Sequence record: DRR723986_6770
Strand: one strand, 5' to 3'
DNA: 52,187 nt
A program made the translations under genes and the position numbers. Shown piece after piece: positions 29,651 through 39,173 of the stretch (positions within the stretch are counted from its first letter, which is position 1; the number at the start of each line of letters is the position of its first letter). The notes under the pieces were generated by a model, which saw only the letters and a program-made list of their open reading frames with translations, was not told where the DNA came from and did not search any database.

Positions 29651-30241
29651 ATGGAAGTATTAAATATTAATCAATCAGTAGCCGAACTATTAGAGGTAGT
29701 TGGCTTGAATGAAGAATTTACCAATGAATCTTTGAGAAATCTGGGCGATGCTGATTCCAGATATGTGAAAGATTTGAAACTTAACTTCAAGACTATCCTC
29801 AAAGGGGATAAGCTAAACCAAAAGGAAGTTGCTTTGATGGGCTTGGCACTTGCAGCTAACGCGGCAAACAATCCCCTTCAGGTATTTTTTAGAAAATTAG
29901 CCGAGGAAAACGAAGCTACTATTGCCGAGATCGGTGAAGCAGTAGCTTGTGCTTCCTTGCTTAGCAGCAATAACGTATTGTACAGATTCCGCCACTTTGT
30001 GGAAAAGGAAAAGTACGGTCAAATCCCTGCCAGACTTCGCATGAACATTATGATGAATCCTGTGTTAGGAAAAGAGTTCTTCGAATTGATCTCTACGGCA
30101 GTTTCTGCTGTAAATGGCTGCCAAATGTGCGTGGCTTCTCACGAGAATCACCTAATCGAATTGGGAACTACTGAAGAAAGAATCTTCGAATCCATCCGTA
30201 TGGCTTCTGTCATCACGAGCATGGTAAAAGTGATCTATTAA
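29651..30241 (+). CDS. ahpD: Alkylhydroperoxidase AhpD (CMD family)
   Basis: NNVLYRF and AVSAVNGCQMCVASH (CxxC); directly downstream of ahpC. Confidence 0.9.
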   Translation: MEVLNINQSVAELLEVVGLNEEFTNESLRNLGDADSRYVKDLKLNFKTILKGDKLNQKEVALMGLALAANAANNPLQVFFRKLAEENEATIAEIGEAVACASLLSSNNVLYRFRHFVEKEKYGQIPARLRMNIMMNPVLGKEFFELISTAVSAVNGCQMCVASHENHLIELGTTEERIFESIRMASVITSMVKVIY

Positions 30242-30265
30242 GAATTATAGTCCGGTATATAAATG

Positions 30266-30299
30266 CAAAAACCTCCTGAGCGATCGGGTGGTTTTTTTG
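30266..30299 (+). terminator. Intrinsic terminator
   Basis: CAAAAACCTCCTGA-gcga-TCGGGTGGTTTTTTTG. Confidence 0.65.
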
Positions 30300-30452
30300 T
30301 TGCTTTAACCGCAGAGAGCACAAGGAGATATTTTGTAGCTGTTGTCCTGTTTCTCCTGAAGCTGGAAACCACCAATCTCTAAAACCTATCTTGCACAAAA
30401 CGAGGTACTTGAAATGAGTAAATTCAAGTTCCGGCTACTACTATCATAATTT

Positions 30453-30797
30453 TTATACAGCCAACAGCTCTTTAATGTCAGCTTTTAGCTTCGGTAAATG
30501 ATTAATAAGAATCGACCAGATGTTTTCATCTGATATATTGTCATAGGCATGAATTACTTGATTTCTAAGTCCAACAATGGATCTTGCAGTTTTGATTTTA
30601 TCTTCAAAAGAAGGATCTCTTTTCAAAATGCGATTAAATGCTTCACCAATTATTTCAAGATGTCTCTCTACAGCTCTTTTTCGCATTGAGTTTTTCCTAT
30701 AATCAAAAAAATTCTTTTCTTCAGATGGGAAATAACTCTCAATTTCCTGAATCGAAAAATGAATATCATATAACCATTTTTCAATTCTCTCATCCAT
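30453..30797 (-). CDS. HepT-like HEPN RNase toxin (DUF86)
   Basis: AVERHLEIIGEA and RNQVIHAY (Rx4HxY); overlaps the MNT gene. Confidence 0.9.
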   Translation of the reverse strand: MDERIEKWLYDIHFSIQEIESYFPSEEKNFFDYRKNSMRKRAVERHLEIIGEAFNRILKRDPSFEDKIKTARSIVGLRNQVIHAYDNISDENIWSILINHLPKLKADIKELLAV

Positions 30798-31089
30798 ATA
30801 TCTGCTGCTTATTGCGATCGATTGACCTTATTAGTACTGGGTTTTTTAGTGTTTGTTCTTCGACTAAGTCAACTTTTCGTTTGAGCAGCTTCTCCAATTT
30901 ATTTTTCAGATCTAGGTAATTTTCAAAATAATTGAACAAATCTATCTTTTGGAAGGACACCAGTAGATCAATATCACTTTTGGGATTAAAGGAATCAGAT
31001 ACGACAGAACCAAAAACATAGAGTTTATCTACTTTATGGCTGACACAAAGCTGCTTGATCTTATCAATATTGGTTTGGATAATTCCCAT
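30790..31089 (-). CDS. MntA-like minimal nucleotidyltransferase antitoxin
   Basis: FGS-x10-DID motif and KVDLV; 99 aa. Confidence 0.9.
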   Translation of the reverse strand: MGIIQTNIDKIKQLCVSHKVDKLYVFGSVVSDSFNPKSDIDLLVSFQKIDLFNYFENYLDLKNKLEKLLKRKVDLVEEQTLKNPVLIRSIDRNKQQIYG

Positions 31090-31126
31090 GCTTAAAAATA
31101 CGAAATACTCTGAAATAGACTAAACA

Positions 31127-31159
31127 CAAAAGCTCGCAAATATTTTTAGCGAGCTTTTG
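31127..31159 (-). terminator. gnd terminator hairpin
   Basis: CAAAAGCTCGC...GCGAGCTTTTG. Confidence 0.7.
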
Positions 31160-31162
31160 CAT

Positions 31163-31199
31163 ACTGTGACTGAAAACTGATCACTGACCACTGCCAACT
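31163..31199 (-). repeat. AGTnnnC heptamer array after the gnd stop codon
   Basis: The sense strand reads AGTTGGC-AGTGGTC-AGTGATC-AGTTTTC-AGTCAC-AGT. Confidence 0.75.
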
Positions 31200-31200
31200 C

Positions 31201-32613
31201 CTATTTCCCCCATTCTGTATGGAAAATTCCCTCACGATCAGTTCGCTCGTAGGTATGTGATCCGAAGTGATCTCGCTGAGCCTGGATCAGGTTTAGCGGA
31301 AGTTTGGTAGAGGTATAGGCATCAAAATAACTCAATGCAGAGGAAAGTCCCGGAACAGGAATTCCGTTTTTCGCAGCAAAAGCAACTACCTCACGAACTG
31401 CTGGCAAAGTACCTTGCACCTTAGGAACGAAAGAAGGAGAAAGCAGCAAATTTGGAATGGAATTATCCGCAGTGTAAGCTTCCGCGATATCGGCCAACAA
31501 TCCAGCACGGATGATACAACCTGCTCTCCAGATCTTCGCTATAGTGGACATATCCAGATCATAGCCGTAATCTTTGGAAGCATACATCAACTGATGCAAT
31601 CCTTGTGCATAAGCGATGATAAAGGAGAAATATAAGGCTTGTTCTGCTTGAGCGATTAAATCCTCTTTCTTGATATGAGCTACTTCTGGTCGAGTATACA
31701 ATTCGTCCGCCTGAACTCGCTCGTCTTTCAACGCAGAAATCTCACGCATACTTACCGCCATATCAATGGTTGGAACAGGAATTCCCAAATCCATCGCATT
31801 CTGAGAAGTCCATTTACCTGTGCCTTTTTGCTTGGCTTTATCCAAAATCATATCCACCAAATCAGCTGAAGTCAACTCATCTTTTTGGGTGAAGATCTCT
31901 GCTGTGATTTCTACCAAAAATGATTGCAAACGGCCTTTGTTCCACGTGTCGTAAACTTGATGAAGTTCTTCATTCGATAGATTACAGGACTTTTTCAGCA
32001 AATCGTAAATCTCTGAAGTCAGCTGCATCATGGCGTACTCTATGCCATTATGAACCATTTTCACATAGTTACCAGCTGATTTTGGACCTAGGTAAGCCAC
32101 GCATGGTTCGCCTTTGTATTTTGCAGAAACTGCTTCGAAAATTGGCTTCACATATTCGTAAGCTTCTTTGTCCCCACCTGGCATGATGCTAGGGCCTTTT
32201 CTCGCACCCTCAGCTCCACCAGAAACTCCAGATCCAAAGAAGTGAATTCCTTTCTCTTTCAAATAAGCTTCTCTTCTATCTGTGTCCGTGAAAAATGAAT
32301 TTCCGCCATCTATAATGATATCACCTTTGTCTAAAAGCGGAAGTAGGTTTTCTATCGCACTATCTACGATTTTTCCAGCTGGCACTAGAAGCATGATTTT
32401 CCGCGGAGTGGATAAAGCCTGAATAAAAGTCTTGACATCCGTAGTAGCTTTCACATTGTCCATGCCCTCAGCTTCCACTTCCATAGCCTTCACTTGAGCT
32501 TCGCTTAAGTCATATCCAAAGGCGCTGAAATTATTGTCAGCAACATTCAAAATAAAATTTCGCCCCATCACTCCAAGGCCAACTAATCCAAAATCGTAAT
32601 TCTTATACTCCAT
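31201..32613 (-). CDS. gndA: NADP-dependent 6-phosphogluconate dehydrogenase
   Basis: Motifs GLGVMG, KMVHNGIEY, QKGTGKWT and IQAQRDHFGSH; ATG at 32613. Confidence 0.96.
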   Translation of the reverse strand: MEYKNYDFGLVGLGVMGRNFILNVADNNFSAFGYDLSEAQVKAMEVEAEGMDNVKATTDVKTFIQALSTPRKIMLLVPAGKIVDSAIENLLPLLDKGDIIIDGGNSFFTDTDRREAYLKEKGIHFFGSGVSGGAEGARKGPSIMPGGDKEAYEYVKPIFEAVSAKYKGEPCVAYLGPKSAGNYVKMVHNGIEYAMMQLTSEIYDLLKKSCNLSNEELHQVYDTWNKGRLQSFLVEITAEIFTQKDELTSADLVDMILDKAKQKGTGKWTSQNAMDLGIPVPTIDMAVSMREISALKDERVQADELYTRPEVAHIKKEDLIAQAEQALYFSFIIAYAQGLHQLMYASKDYGYDLDMSTIAKIWRAGCIIRAGLLADIAEAYTADNSIPNLLLSPSFVPKVQGTLPAVREVVAFAAKNGIPVPGLSSALSYFDAYTSTKLPLNLIQAQRDHFGSHTYERTDREGIFHTEWGK

Positions 32614-32808
32614 CGTTTCTTTCTGTTGTTTTTCAAATTTGCTTCTAAGCCTACCAGCTTGCAAGGTTAGAAATAAATATGGGTTATTTTTGCGTCTATT
32701 GCCTCCAAAATTAATGGATTGAAGGTTGGCTTTCTAGTAAGATTGATAAATTTGTGACCGCCCAAAGCAGGGTTTTGATACAAAAACCATAAAAATACGC
32801 CTCAAGAA

Positions 32809-34335
32809 ATGAAAAAAACACAAAACCAGATGCTTATAATTTTTGGTGCGTCAGGTGATTTGACTGCACGAAAACTGGTTCCGGCAATATATAACCTCTA
32901 TAAGGGAAAGCATCTTCCAGAAAATTTTGTGGTTTTGGGTGCTAGCCGAAGTGCGATGACGGATGAGGAATTCCGTCAGAAAGTAGTTCAGGAAAGCGAG
33001 TTTTTGAAGGATAAAATCAGTAAGGAAGAAAAAGACTACATCTCAGCTTTTGCAGAAAAGCTATTTTATGAAGACTTAGGAGACGATTATGATAGCAAAT
33101 ACAATGGTTTAGCTAAACGAATTAAAAAGCTGAACGAAGAAAAAGGCTGTGACCATAATTACATATTTTACCTTTCCACACCTCCAAGTTTATACGAAGT
33201 AATAGCTAAGAATCTTTGTGAAGCGGATCTTACAACGGAAGAAAATGGATGGAAACGAATCATTGTTGAGAAACCATTTGGATACAGTCTGGCAACTGCC
33301 CAGGAGTTGAATGCAGGTTTGCACAAGTATTTTAATGAACCTCAAGTCTATAGAATTGATCATTATTTGGGCAAGGAAACTGTCCAGAACTTATTGGTTA
33401 CTCGTTTTTCCAATTCCCTCTTCGAACCTACCTGGAACCGCAGATACATTCATCATGTGGAAATCACCAATGCCGAGACCGTAGGCGTAGAAAAGCGTGG
33501 AGGCTATTATGATAAGTCTGGCGCACTTCGGGATATGTTCCAAAGCCATTTGCTTCAGGTGGTATCACTGATCGTGATGGAGCCGCCAATCAACTCAAGC
33601 GCCGAAGAAATCCGTGATGAAAAAGTCAAGGCGCTGAAATCACTTCGAATAATGACAAGTGATGAAGAGCTCTCAAGGCATACCATGAAGGGCCAATATG
33701 TAGCTTCGACTATCAACGGTGAAAAAGTTAAAGGCTATAGAGAAGAGGATGGAGTTGATCCTGATTCTAAAACAGAAACTTTTGCTGCAGTTAAGTTTTT
33801 TGTAGACAACTGGCGCTGGAAAGATGTGCCATTCTACGTGCGAACAGCTAAATATATGCCGACAAAAGTGACTGAAGTGGTAATCCACTTTAAGTCTCCA
33901 GCGCATGAGGTTTTCAAAAGCCAAGATGCCTATAAAAAAGACAACAAAATCATCATCCGTATTCAGCCAGACGAGGGAATCCTGATCAAATTTGGAGTGA
34001 AAGTCCCTGGCCTAGGCTTCCATGTGGAGCAGGCAAATATGGATTTCTACTATTCCGATCTTGACTCTGCAGAGATTATGGATGCCTACGAAAGATTACT
34101 TCTGGATGCTATGCAAGGAGATGCAACTCTCTATGCTCGTGCTGATGAGGTGGAAGCTGCCTGGAGGTTCGTGGACCCAATTTTGAAATACTGGCAAAAT
34201 GAGGATGTTCCAACCTATGGCTATGCAGCAGGAACTTGGGGACCAAGAAATTCAGACGATATGTTTGAAGGGCATTTTGGCTGGAGAAATCCTGGAAAAC
34301 GTCTTACCGACGAAACTGGCTTCTGCATTCTCTAA
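32809..34335 (+). CDS. zwf: Glucose-6-phosphate 1-dehydrogenase
   Basis: Motifs GASGDL, EKPFG, RIDHYLGKE and AYERLL. Confidence 0.97.
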   Translation: MKKTQNQMLIIFGASGDLTARKLVPAIYNLYKGKHLPENFVVLGASRSAMTDEEFRQKVVQESEFLKDKISKEEKDYISAFAEKLFYEDLGDDYDSKYNGLAKRIKKLNEEKGCDHNYIFYLSTPPSLYEVIAKNLCEADLTTEENGWKRIIVEKPFGYSLATAQELNAGLHKYFNEPQVYRIDHYLGKETVQNLLVTRFSNSLFEPTWNRRYIHHVEITNAETVGVEKRGGYYDKSGALRDMFQSHLLQVVSLIVMEPPINSSAEEIRDEKVKALKSLRIMTSDEELSRHTMKGQYVASTINGEKVKGYREEDGVDPDSKTETFAAVKFFVDNWRWKDVPFYVRTAKYMPTKVTEVVIHFKSPAHEVFKSQDAYKKDNKIIIRIQPDEGILIKFGVKVPGLGFHVEQANMDFYYSDLDSAEIMDAYERLLLDAMQGDATLYARADEVEAAWRFVDPILKYWQNEDVPTYGYAAGTWGPRNSDDMFEGHFGWRNPGKRLTDETGFCIL

Positions 34336-34381
34336 GTTGAAAGCCTTGAATTAATACATTTTTAAGAAAAACTATCCTAAA

Positions 34382-35110
34382 ATGAATATCATCGTTTCAA
34401 GTTCGAAAGAAAGCCTTGCAGAAGAATTTGCATACATGCTCAAAGACATGTCTGATACTGGAGAAAAAATCCATGTGGCTCTTTCAGGCGGAAGTACTCC
34501 AAAAGTTATTTTTGATTACATCGCTGAGGAGCTCGGTGAGGAAATCTTTTGGGATAATATCAATTTTTATTGGGGAGATGAGCGTTGTGTTCCTCCTACT
34601 GACTCTGAAAGCAATTACAAAATGACAGTGGATCATCTATTGTCCAAAATTGATATGCCGGAGGAAAATATCTTTCGGGTTTTGGGAGAAAATGACCCTG
34701 AGGAAGAAGCAATTCGATATAGCGAAGTCTTAGAAAGTGAATTACCCATAGTCAACGGTATTCCACAATTTGACTTGGTCATGTTAGGGATGGGAGATGA
34801 TGGACATACGGTTTCTATCTTTCCTTACAATATTGAATTATGGGACTCGAAAGAGAATTGCGTGGTCGCAGTTCATCCGGATTCCGGGCAAAAGCGTGTG
34901 ACGATTACAGGAAAAATTGTGAATAACGCCAAAGCAGTTGCCTTCCTTGTCACTGGAGCGAACAAAGCGGATAAGGTGAAAGAAATTGTCATGTTGGAAG
35001 GAGATTATGCCAACTATCCAGCATCCTTGGTTAAACCATCTAGTGAGGAACTCACCTGGTACCTCGATCAAGATTCTGCTAAAAATTTAGAGTTCACTTC
35101 AGAGGATTAA
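34382..35110 (+). CDS. pgl: 6-phosphogluconolactonase
   Basis: Motifs LSGGSTP, WGDERCVP and LGMGDDGHT. Confidence 0.95.
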   Translation: MNIIVSSSKESLAEEFAYMLKDMSDTGEKIHVALSGGSTPKVIFDYIAEELGEEIFWDNINFYWGDERCVPPTDSESNYKMTVDHLLSKIDMPEENIFRVLGENDPEEEAIRYSEVLESELPIVNGIPQFDLVMLGMGDDGHTVSIFPYNIELWDSKENCVVAVHPDSGQKRVTITGKIVNNAKAVAFLVTGANKADKVKEIVMLEGDYANYPASLVKPSSEELTWYLDQDSAKNLEFTSED

Positions 35111-35128
35111 CCTGAAAATGGACTAGCT

Positions 35129-35168
35129 AAAAAGCGACTAAGATTAGATTCCCGGTCGCTTTTTTTTT
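35129..35168 (+). terminator. Intrinsic terminator
   Basis: AAAAAGCGAC...GTCGCTTTTTTTTT. Confidence 0.65.
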
Positions 35169-35352
35169 GTTTACGCAGTTTCATTGGTATTAAGCATGCA
35201 GGACTAATGACGCCTACGACAGTTGAATGACAAGGTGTGCAGCAAATAAGCACCTTTTCACAGGACACTACCTGATAGCAAAGACAGGTTTTATACTAAT
35301 CTTGTAAATTGACTATCAGTTTCTAGATAACTAATCAAAAAATAAACCCTAA

Positions 35353-36678
35353 ATGCGGACCCTACTTTCGGCATGTTTGTATATGCTATTGTTATTTCAG
35401 ACTGCCTTTGCTCAACAGCAATCCACTGAAAACTGGCCAGATGGAACGCCAATATCTTCATGGTTTCATGACTATTCCAAAGTCAAATTGGAAGACTTAG
35501 GCAAGCAATATGTGTTGACTGATTTCGGAGTAAAGAATGATAGTAGCATTTTACAAACGCAGCAAATCCAAGCAGTAATAGATCAAGCAGCGCAAACTGG
35601 TGGAGTGGTGATTGTACCAAAAGGAACGTTTTTAAGCGGTGCTCTATTTTTCAAACCTAATACGCATTTGCATGTAGTAGAAGGTGCGGTATTGAAAGGT
35701 TCGGACGATATCGCTCATTATCCTTTGATTCCCTCACGAATGGAAGGTCAAAACTTGGACTATTATGCTGCTCTCGTAAATGCCTACGGAGTCGATGGCT
35801 TTACAATTTCTGGACATGGAACAATCAACGGAAATGGGCTAAAATTCTGGGAGGCTTTCTGGCAAAGAAGAAAAGAGGATCCGAACTGTACCAATCTGGA
35901 AGTATCAAGACCACGCTTAGTATTCATTTGGAAAAGTAATGATGTTCAAGTTCAGGATGTAAGCCTCATCAATGCAGGTTTTTGGAGCAGTCATTACTAT
36001 CAATGCAAAAACATCAAATTACTCGATCTCACGATCACTTCGCCTCATGAACCTGTGAAGGCTCCAAGCACCGATGCCATTGATCTAGATGTAGTATCAA
36101 ACGTGTTGATCAAAGGATGCTATCTCGCCGTAAATGATGATGCCATAGCGCTCAAGGGCGGTAAAGGTCCATGGGCAGATGAGGATCCAAACAACGGGGA
36201 AAATACCAACATCATCATAGAAGACAGCGAATTTGGATTTTGCCATGGTGCGCTAACCAATGGAAGCGAATCGATTCACAACAAGAATGTGATCATGCGG
36301 AATATCAAAGTGCAGGATGCTGTTCGATTACTGTGGCTGAAAATGCGCCCAGACACCCCGCAGCATTATGAATACATAACTCTGGAGAATATTACGGGAA
36401 AAGTTCGCAGCTTCATTTATGTTAAGCCGTGGACTCAGTTCTTTGATCTCAAAGGAAAAGAGGAAGTACCGCTTTCCTACTCCGATCATATCACTATGAA
36501 AAATATGGACTTGGAATGCGAAATATTTTTTGATGTAGCGATCACAGAGCATGATAGACTTTCAGACTTTACCTTCGAAAATCTGAATATTCGTGCAGCA
36601 AAAGCTGATTTCGAACCAGATTTTGTAAAAGGTTTTGAAGTGAAAAATGTGGTAGTAAACGGTAAAAAATTGGACTAA
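35353..36678 (+). CDS. Secreted glycoside hydrolase family 28 (polygalacturonase/rhamnogalacturonase-like)
   Basis: Signal peptide, beta-helix repeats, and STDAID, NDDAIALK, CHG motifs. Confidence 0.88.
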   Translation: MRTLLSACLYMLLLFQTAFAQQQSTENWPDGTPISSWFHDYSKVKLEDLGKQYVLTDFGVKNDSSILQTQQIQAVIDQAAQTGGVVIVPKGTFLSGALFFKPNTHLHVVEGAVLKGSDDIAHYPLIPSRMEGQNLDYYAALVNAYGVDGFTISGHGTINGNGLKFWEAFWQRRKEDPNCTNLEVSRPRLVFIWKSNDVQVQDVSLINAGFWSSHYYQCKNIKLLDLTITSPHEPVKAPSTDAIDLDVVSNVLIKGCYLAVNDDAIALKGGKGPWADEDPNNGENTNIIIEDSEFGFCHGALTNGSESIHNKNVIMRNIKVQDAVRLLWLKMRPDTPQHYEYITLENITGKVRSFIYVKPWTQFFDLKGKEEVPLSYSDHITMKNMDLECEIFFDVAITEHDRLSDFTFENLNIRAAKADFEPDFVKGFEVKNVVVNGKKLD

Positions 36679-36737
36679 CTACTGTATACAAGCGATCGTT
36701 AAAATGCGGAAATTCGCGCGGTTATAACTACTCGCAA

Positions 36738-37106
36738 ATGAAGGCCCTCCTCACGATTGTACTGCTTATTCTTTCCAATACCTTCATGACTTTGGCATGG
36801 TATGGCCATCTGAAGTTTGCTGAATGGAAATGGTTTAGCAAGCTTGGCTTGGTATCGATCATCTTAATCTCGTGGGGAATTGCGCTCTTCGAGTATTGCT
36901 TCCAAGTTCCTGCCAATAAAATTGGTTTTGATGGAAATGGCGGTCCATTTTCATTAGTACAACTGAAAGTGATTCAAGAAGTAGTCACGCTAGTAATCTT
37001 TATGATCTTTTCCCTAATCGCATTTAAAACCGAAACCTTCCGCCTGAATCACCTTATTGGCTCTATATTCTTAATTTTAGCAGTTTACTTTTTTTTCAAA
37101 AAGTAG
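36738..37106 (+). CDS. DMT-superfamily small membrane protein (DUF486-like)
   Basis: Motifs SNTFMTLAWYGHLK, EYCFQVPANKIG and QLKVIQEV. Confidence 0.85.
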   Translation: MKALLTIVLLILSNTFMTLAWYGHLKFAEWKWFSKLGLVSIILISWGIALFEYCFQVPANKIGFDGNGGPFSLVQLKVIQEVVTLVIFMIFSLIAFKTETFRLNHLIGSIFLILAVYFFFKK

Positions 37107-37116
37107 CAATACCTGC

Positions 37117-38160
37117 TCAAAGATTAAAAATGAGCGTATGGATAAATTTCATTTTAGTCACCACAGCAGAGCTTACCACAAACGGATACGCATCTGGTAC
37201 TCCCATGCTTCTATTCAGACTATTAATAGCAAATGAGATAGGTGCCCAACTTTGGTAGACTTTTTCAAAGTCTCTTTTTTCATAGGGATCGAAAGTGAAT
37301 GACCCGCTTAAACTCTTTTCTTTCACGTTTGGATTAACGGATATTCCATAATAATAAGCAGTCTCGGCCATGTCCATAATGTGTAAATAATGCGCCCATG
37401 TCTCAGCCCAATCCTCCCAAGGATGCGAGCTGGCATATTGGCTGATATATCTCTGTTGCCAATTTGCAGGAGCCCCCGTTTGGTAATAATTCTTTAGCGC
37501 TTCCCCATAATCTAAGCGGTCATCACCAAATAGTTCTCTGAATTCTGTGAGTCTTTTTTCATTGGTAGCCACCAATCTATCCCAAAAGTAATGACCTACT
37601 TCATGGCGAAAATGCCCGATTAGCGTACGATAAGGTTCAGACATTTGCTTTCTCATCTGCTCTCTATGGACAGAATCCGCCTCAGAAAGCAAGATTGTGA
37701 TCAATCCATTTGCATGGCCAGTCATGATCTGATTGTCTCCCTGCCGGGAAATAAAATCAAAGGAAAGCCCAATCTCGGGATTTGTCTCCTGAGGTGGGAT
37801 GGCTAGTCCAAGTTTGAGTAATTGATAGACAAGTCGGTGTTTTGCAACCTCAAGCTTCTGCCATTTGGGAAAATTTTCTGCATCAGATAAATCTGGAATA
37901 GTCCGATTGAGCTCACAGGCCGTGCAAAACTCATGGTCTTCCTCTGCTGGAATCAGCCAATTGCATACTCCCAGATCTTTGTTTTCGCAGTATTTATAAG
38001 CCTTCCCATTTCGATCAGAAATAAGAGGAAATTTGCTGGGATCAAAAGTGAGCATTGTAGAGGTAATGCTGGAATAACCAGTAAGATGTCCACATTTTTC
38101 ACAGTGATCGTTTTCGAAATACAGGGGGTGAGCACAATTCCCACATTCAAAAATTTTCAT
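37117..38160 (-). CDS. Putative zinc-binding metallopeptidase (zinc ribbon plus HExxH; DUF2248-like)
   Basis: N-terminal CxxC pairs, HFRHEVGHYFW and YASSHPWEDWAE. Confidence 0.85.
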   Translation of the reverse strand: MKIFECGNCAHPLYFENDHCEKCGHLTGYSSITSTMLTFDPSKFPLISDRNGKAYKYCENKDLGVCNWLIPAEEDHEFCTACELNRTIPDLSDAENFPKWQKLEVAKHRLVYQLLKLGLAIPPQETNPEIGLSFDFISRQGDNQIMTGHANGLITILLSEADSVHREQMRKQMSEPYRTLIGHFRHEVGHYFWDRLVATNEKRLTEFRELFGDDRLDYGEALKNYYQTGAPANWQQRYISQYASSHPWEDWAETWAHYLHIMDMAETAYYYGISVNPNVKEKSLSGSFTFDPYEKRDFEKVYQSWAPISFAINSLNRSMGVPDAYPFVVSSAVVTKMKFIHTLIFNL

Positions 38161-38427
38161 ATTGTTTTACTAGTCTTGGTAGGATAGGTAGGTAGAAGTA
38201 TTACTCACATTTCGAGCCATCTAAATAGAATGTTGGAACTCAGTCAGCAATTCCATGGAGAAGCCTTATAAAGCTAAAAATAGTAATCAGCAAATAGAGA
38301 AACTTAACAGAAAGAAAACCAAACCATAAATCGCTAAATAGTATTTTACAAAATTTTAAGCATACATATAGACTATATTACAAATATTATTTTTAAATTA
38401 TCTACACTAACAATAAACCATATTTTT

Positions 38428-39111
38428 ATGAAAAAACTCGTAGCAGAATTTATCGGGACTCTCTGGCTGGTGCTTGGGGGTTGTGGCAGTGCCGTTTTAG
38501 CGGCAGGTTTCCCCGAATTGGGAATTGGGTTTGTCGGCGTCTCATTTGCATTTGGTCTCACTGTATTGACCATGGCCTATGCAATCGGCCATATTTCAGG
38601 TTGCCATCTCAATCCAGCTGTGACCGTTGGGCTCTGGATAGGTGGGCGATTCGAGAGTAAGGATGTTCTTGGCTACATCATTGCCCAAGTATTAGGTGGA
38701 TTGGCAGGTGCATCTATTTTATACCTGATCGCTACCGGCAAAGCAGGAGTTGAACTAGGTGGATTTGCAGCAAATGGCTATGGTGAAGCATCTCCAGGAG
38801 GATATAACTTAACTTCAGCACTCATCACAGAAGTAGTGATGACTTTTATGTTTTTAACGATAATACTTGGGTCAACTTATCCTAAATCACCAGCTGGATT
38901 CGCTGGAATTGCTATAGGTTTAGCCTTAGTTTTAATTCATTTAATCAGCATTCCTGTGACAAACACCTCAGTAAATCCTGCTAGAAGTACATCTCAGGCT
39001 ATTTTCGCAGGAGGCATTTATTTACAGCAATTATGGGTTTTCTGGATAGCTCCTATAGTAGGGGCCGTTTTAGCTGGAATTGTTTATAAATATCTATCCC
39101 CAAACGAATAA
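38428..39111 (+). CDS. aqpZ: Aquaporin Z
   Basis: Two NPA motifs ([17 protein letters not shown]). Confidence 0.96.
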   Translation: MKKLVAEFIGTLWLVLGGCGSAVLAAGFPELGIGFVGVSFAFGLTVLTMAYAIGHISGCHLNPAVTVGLWIGGRFESKDVLGYIIAQVLGGLAGASILYLIATGKAGVELGGFAANGYGEASPGGYNLTSALITEVVMTFMFLTIILGSTYPKSPAGFAGIAIGLALVLIHLISIPVTNTSVNPARSTSQAIFAGGIYLQQLWVFWIAPIVGAVLAGIVYKYLSPNE

Positions 39112-39173
39112 TTAAAGAAAAAAGTGAATATTTGTAAGTAGTATTTTCTATTTATAATATATCCCATATTAAA

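Noticed and set aside
35111-35352. Possible structured RNA upstream of GH28
   Set aside because: Apart from the pgl terminator there is only a weak hairpin, and no known RNA motif was recognised.
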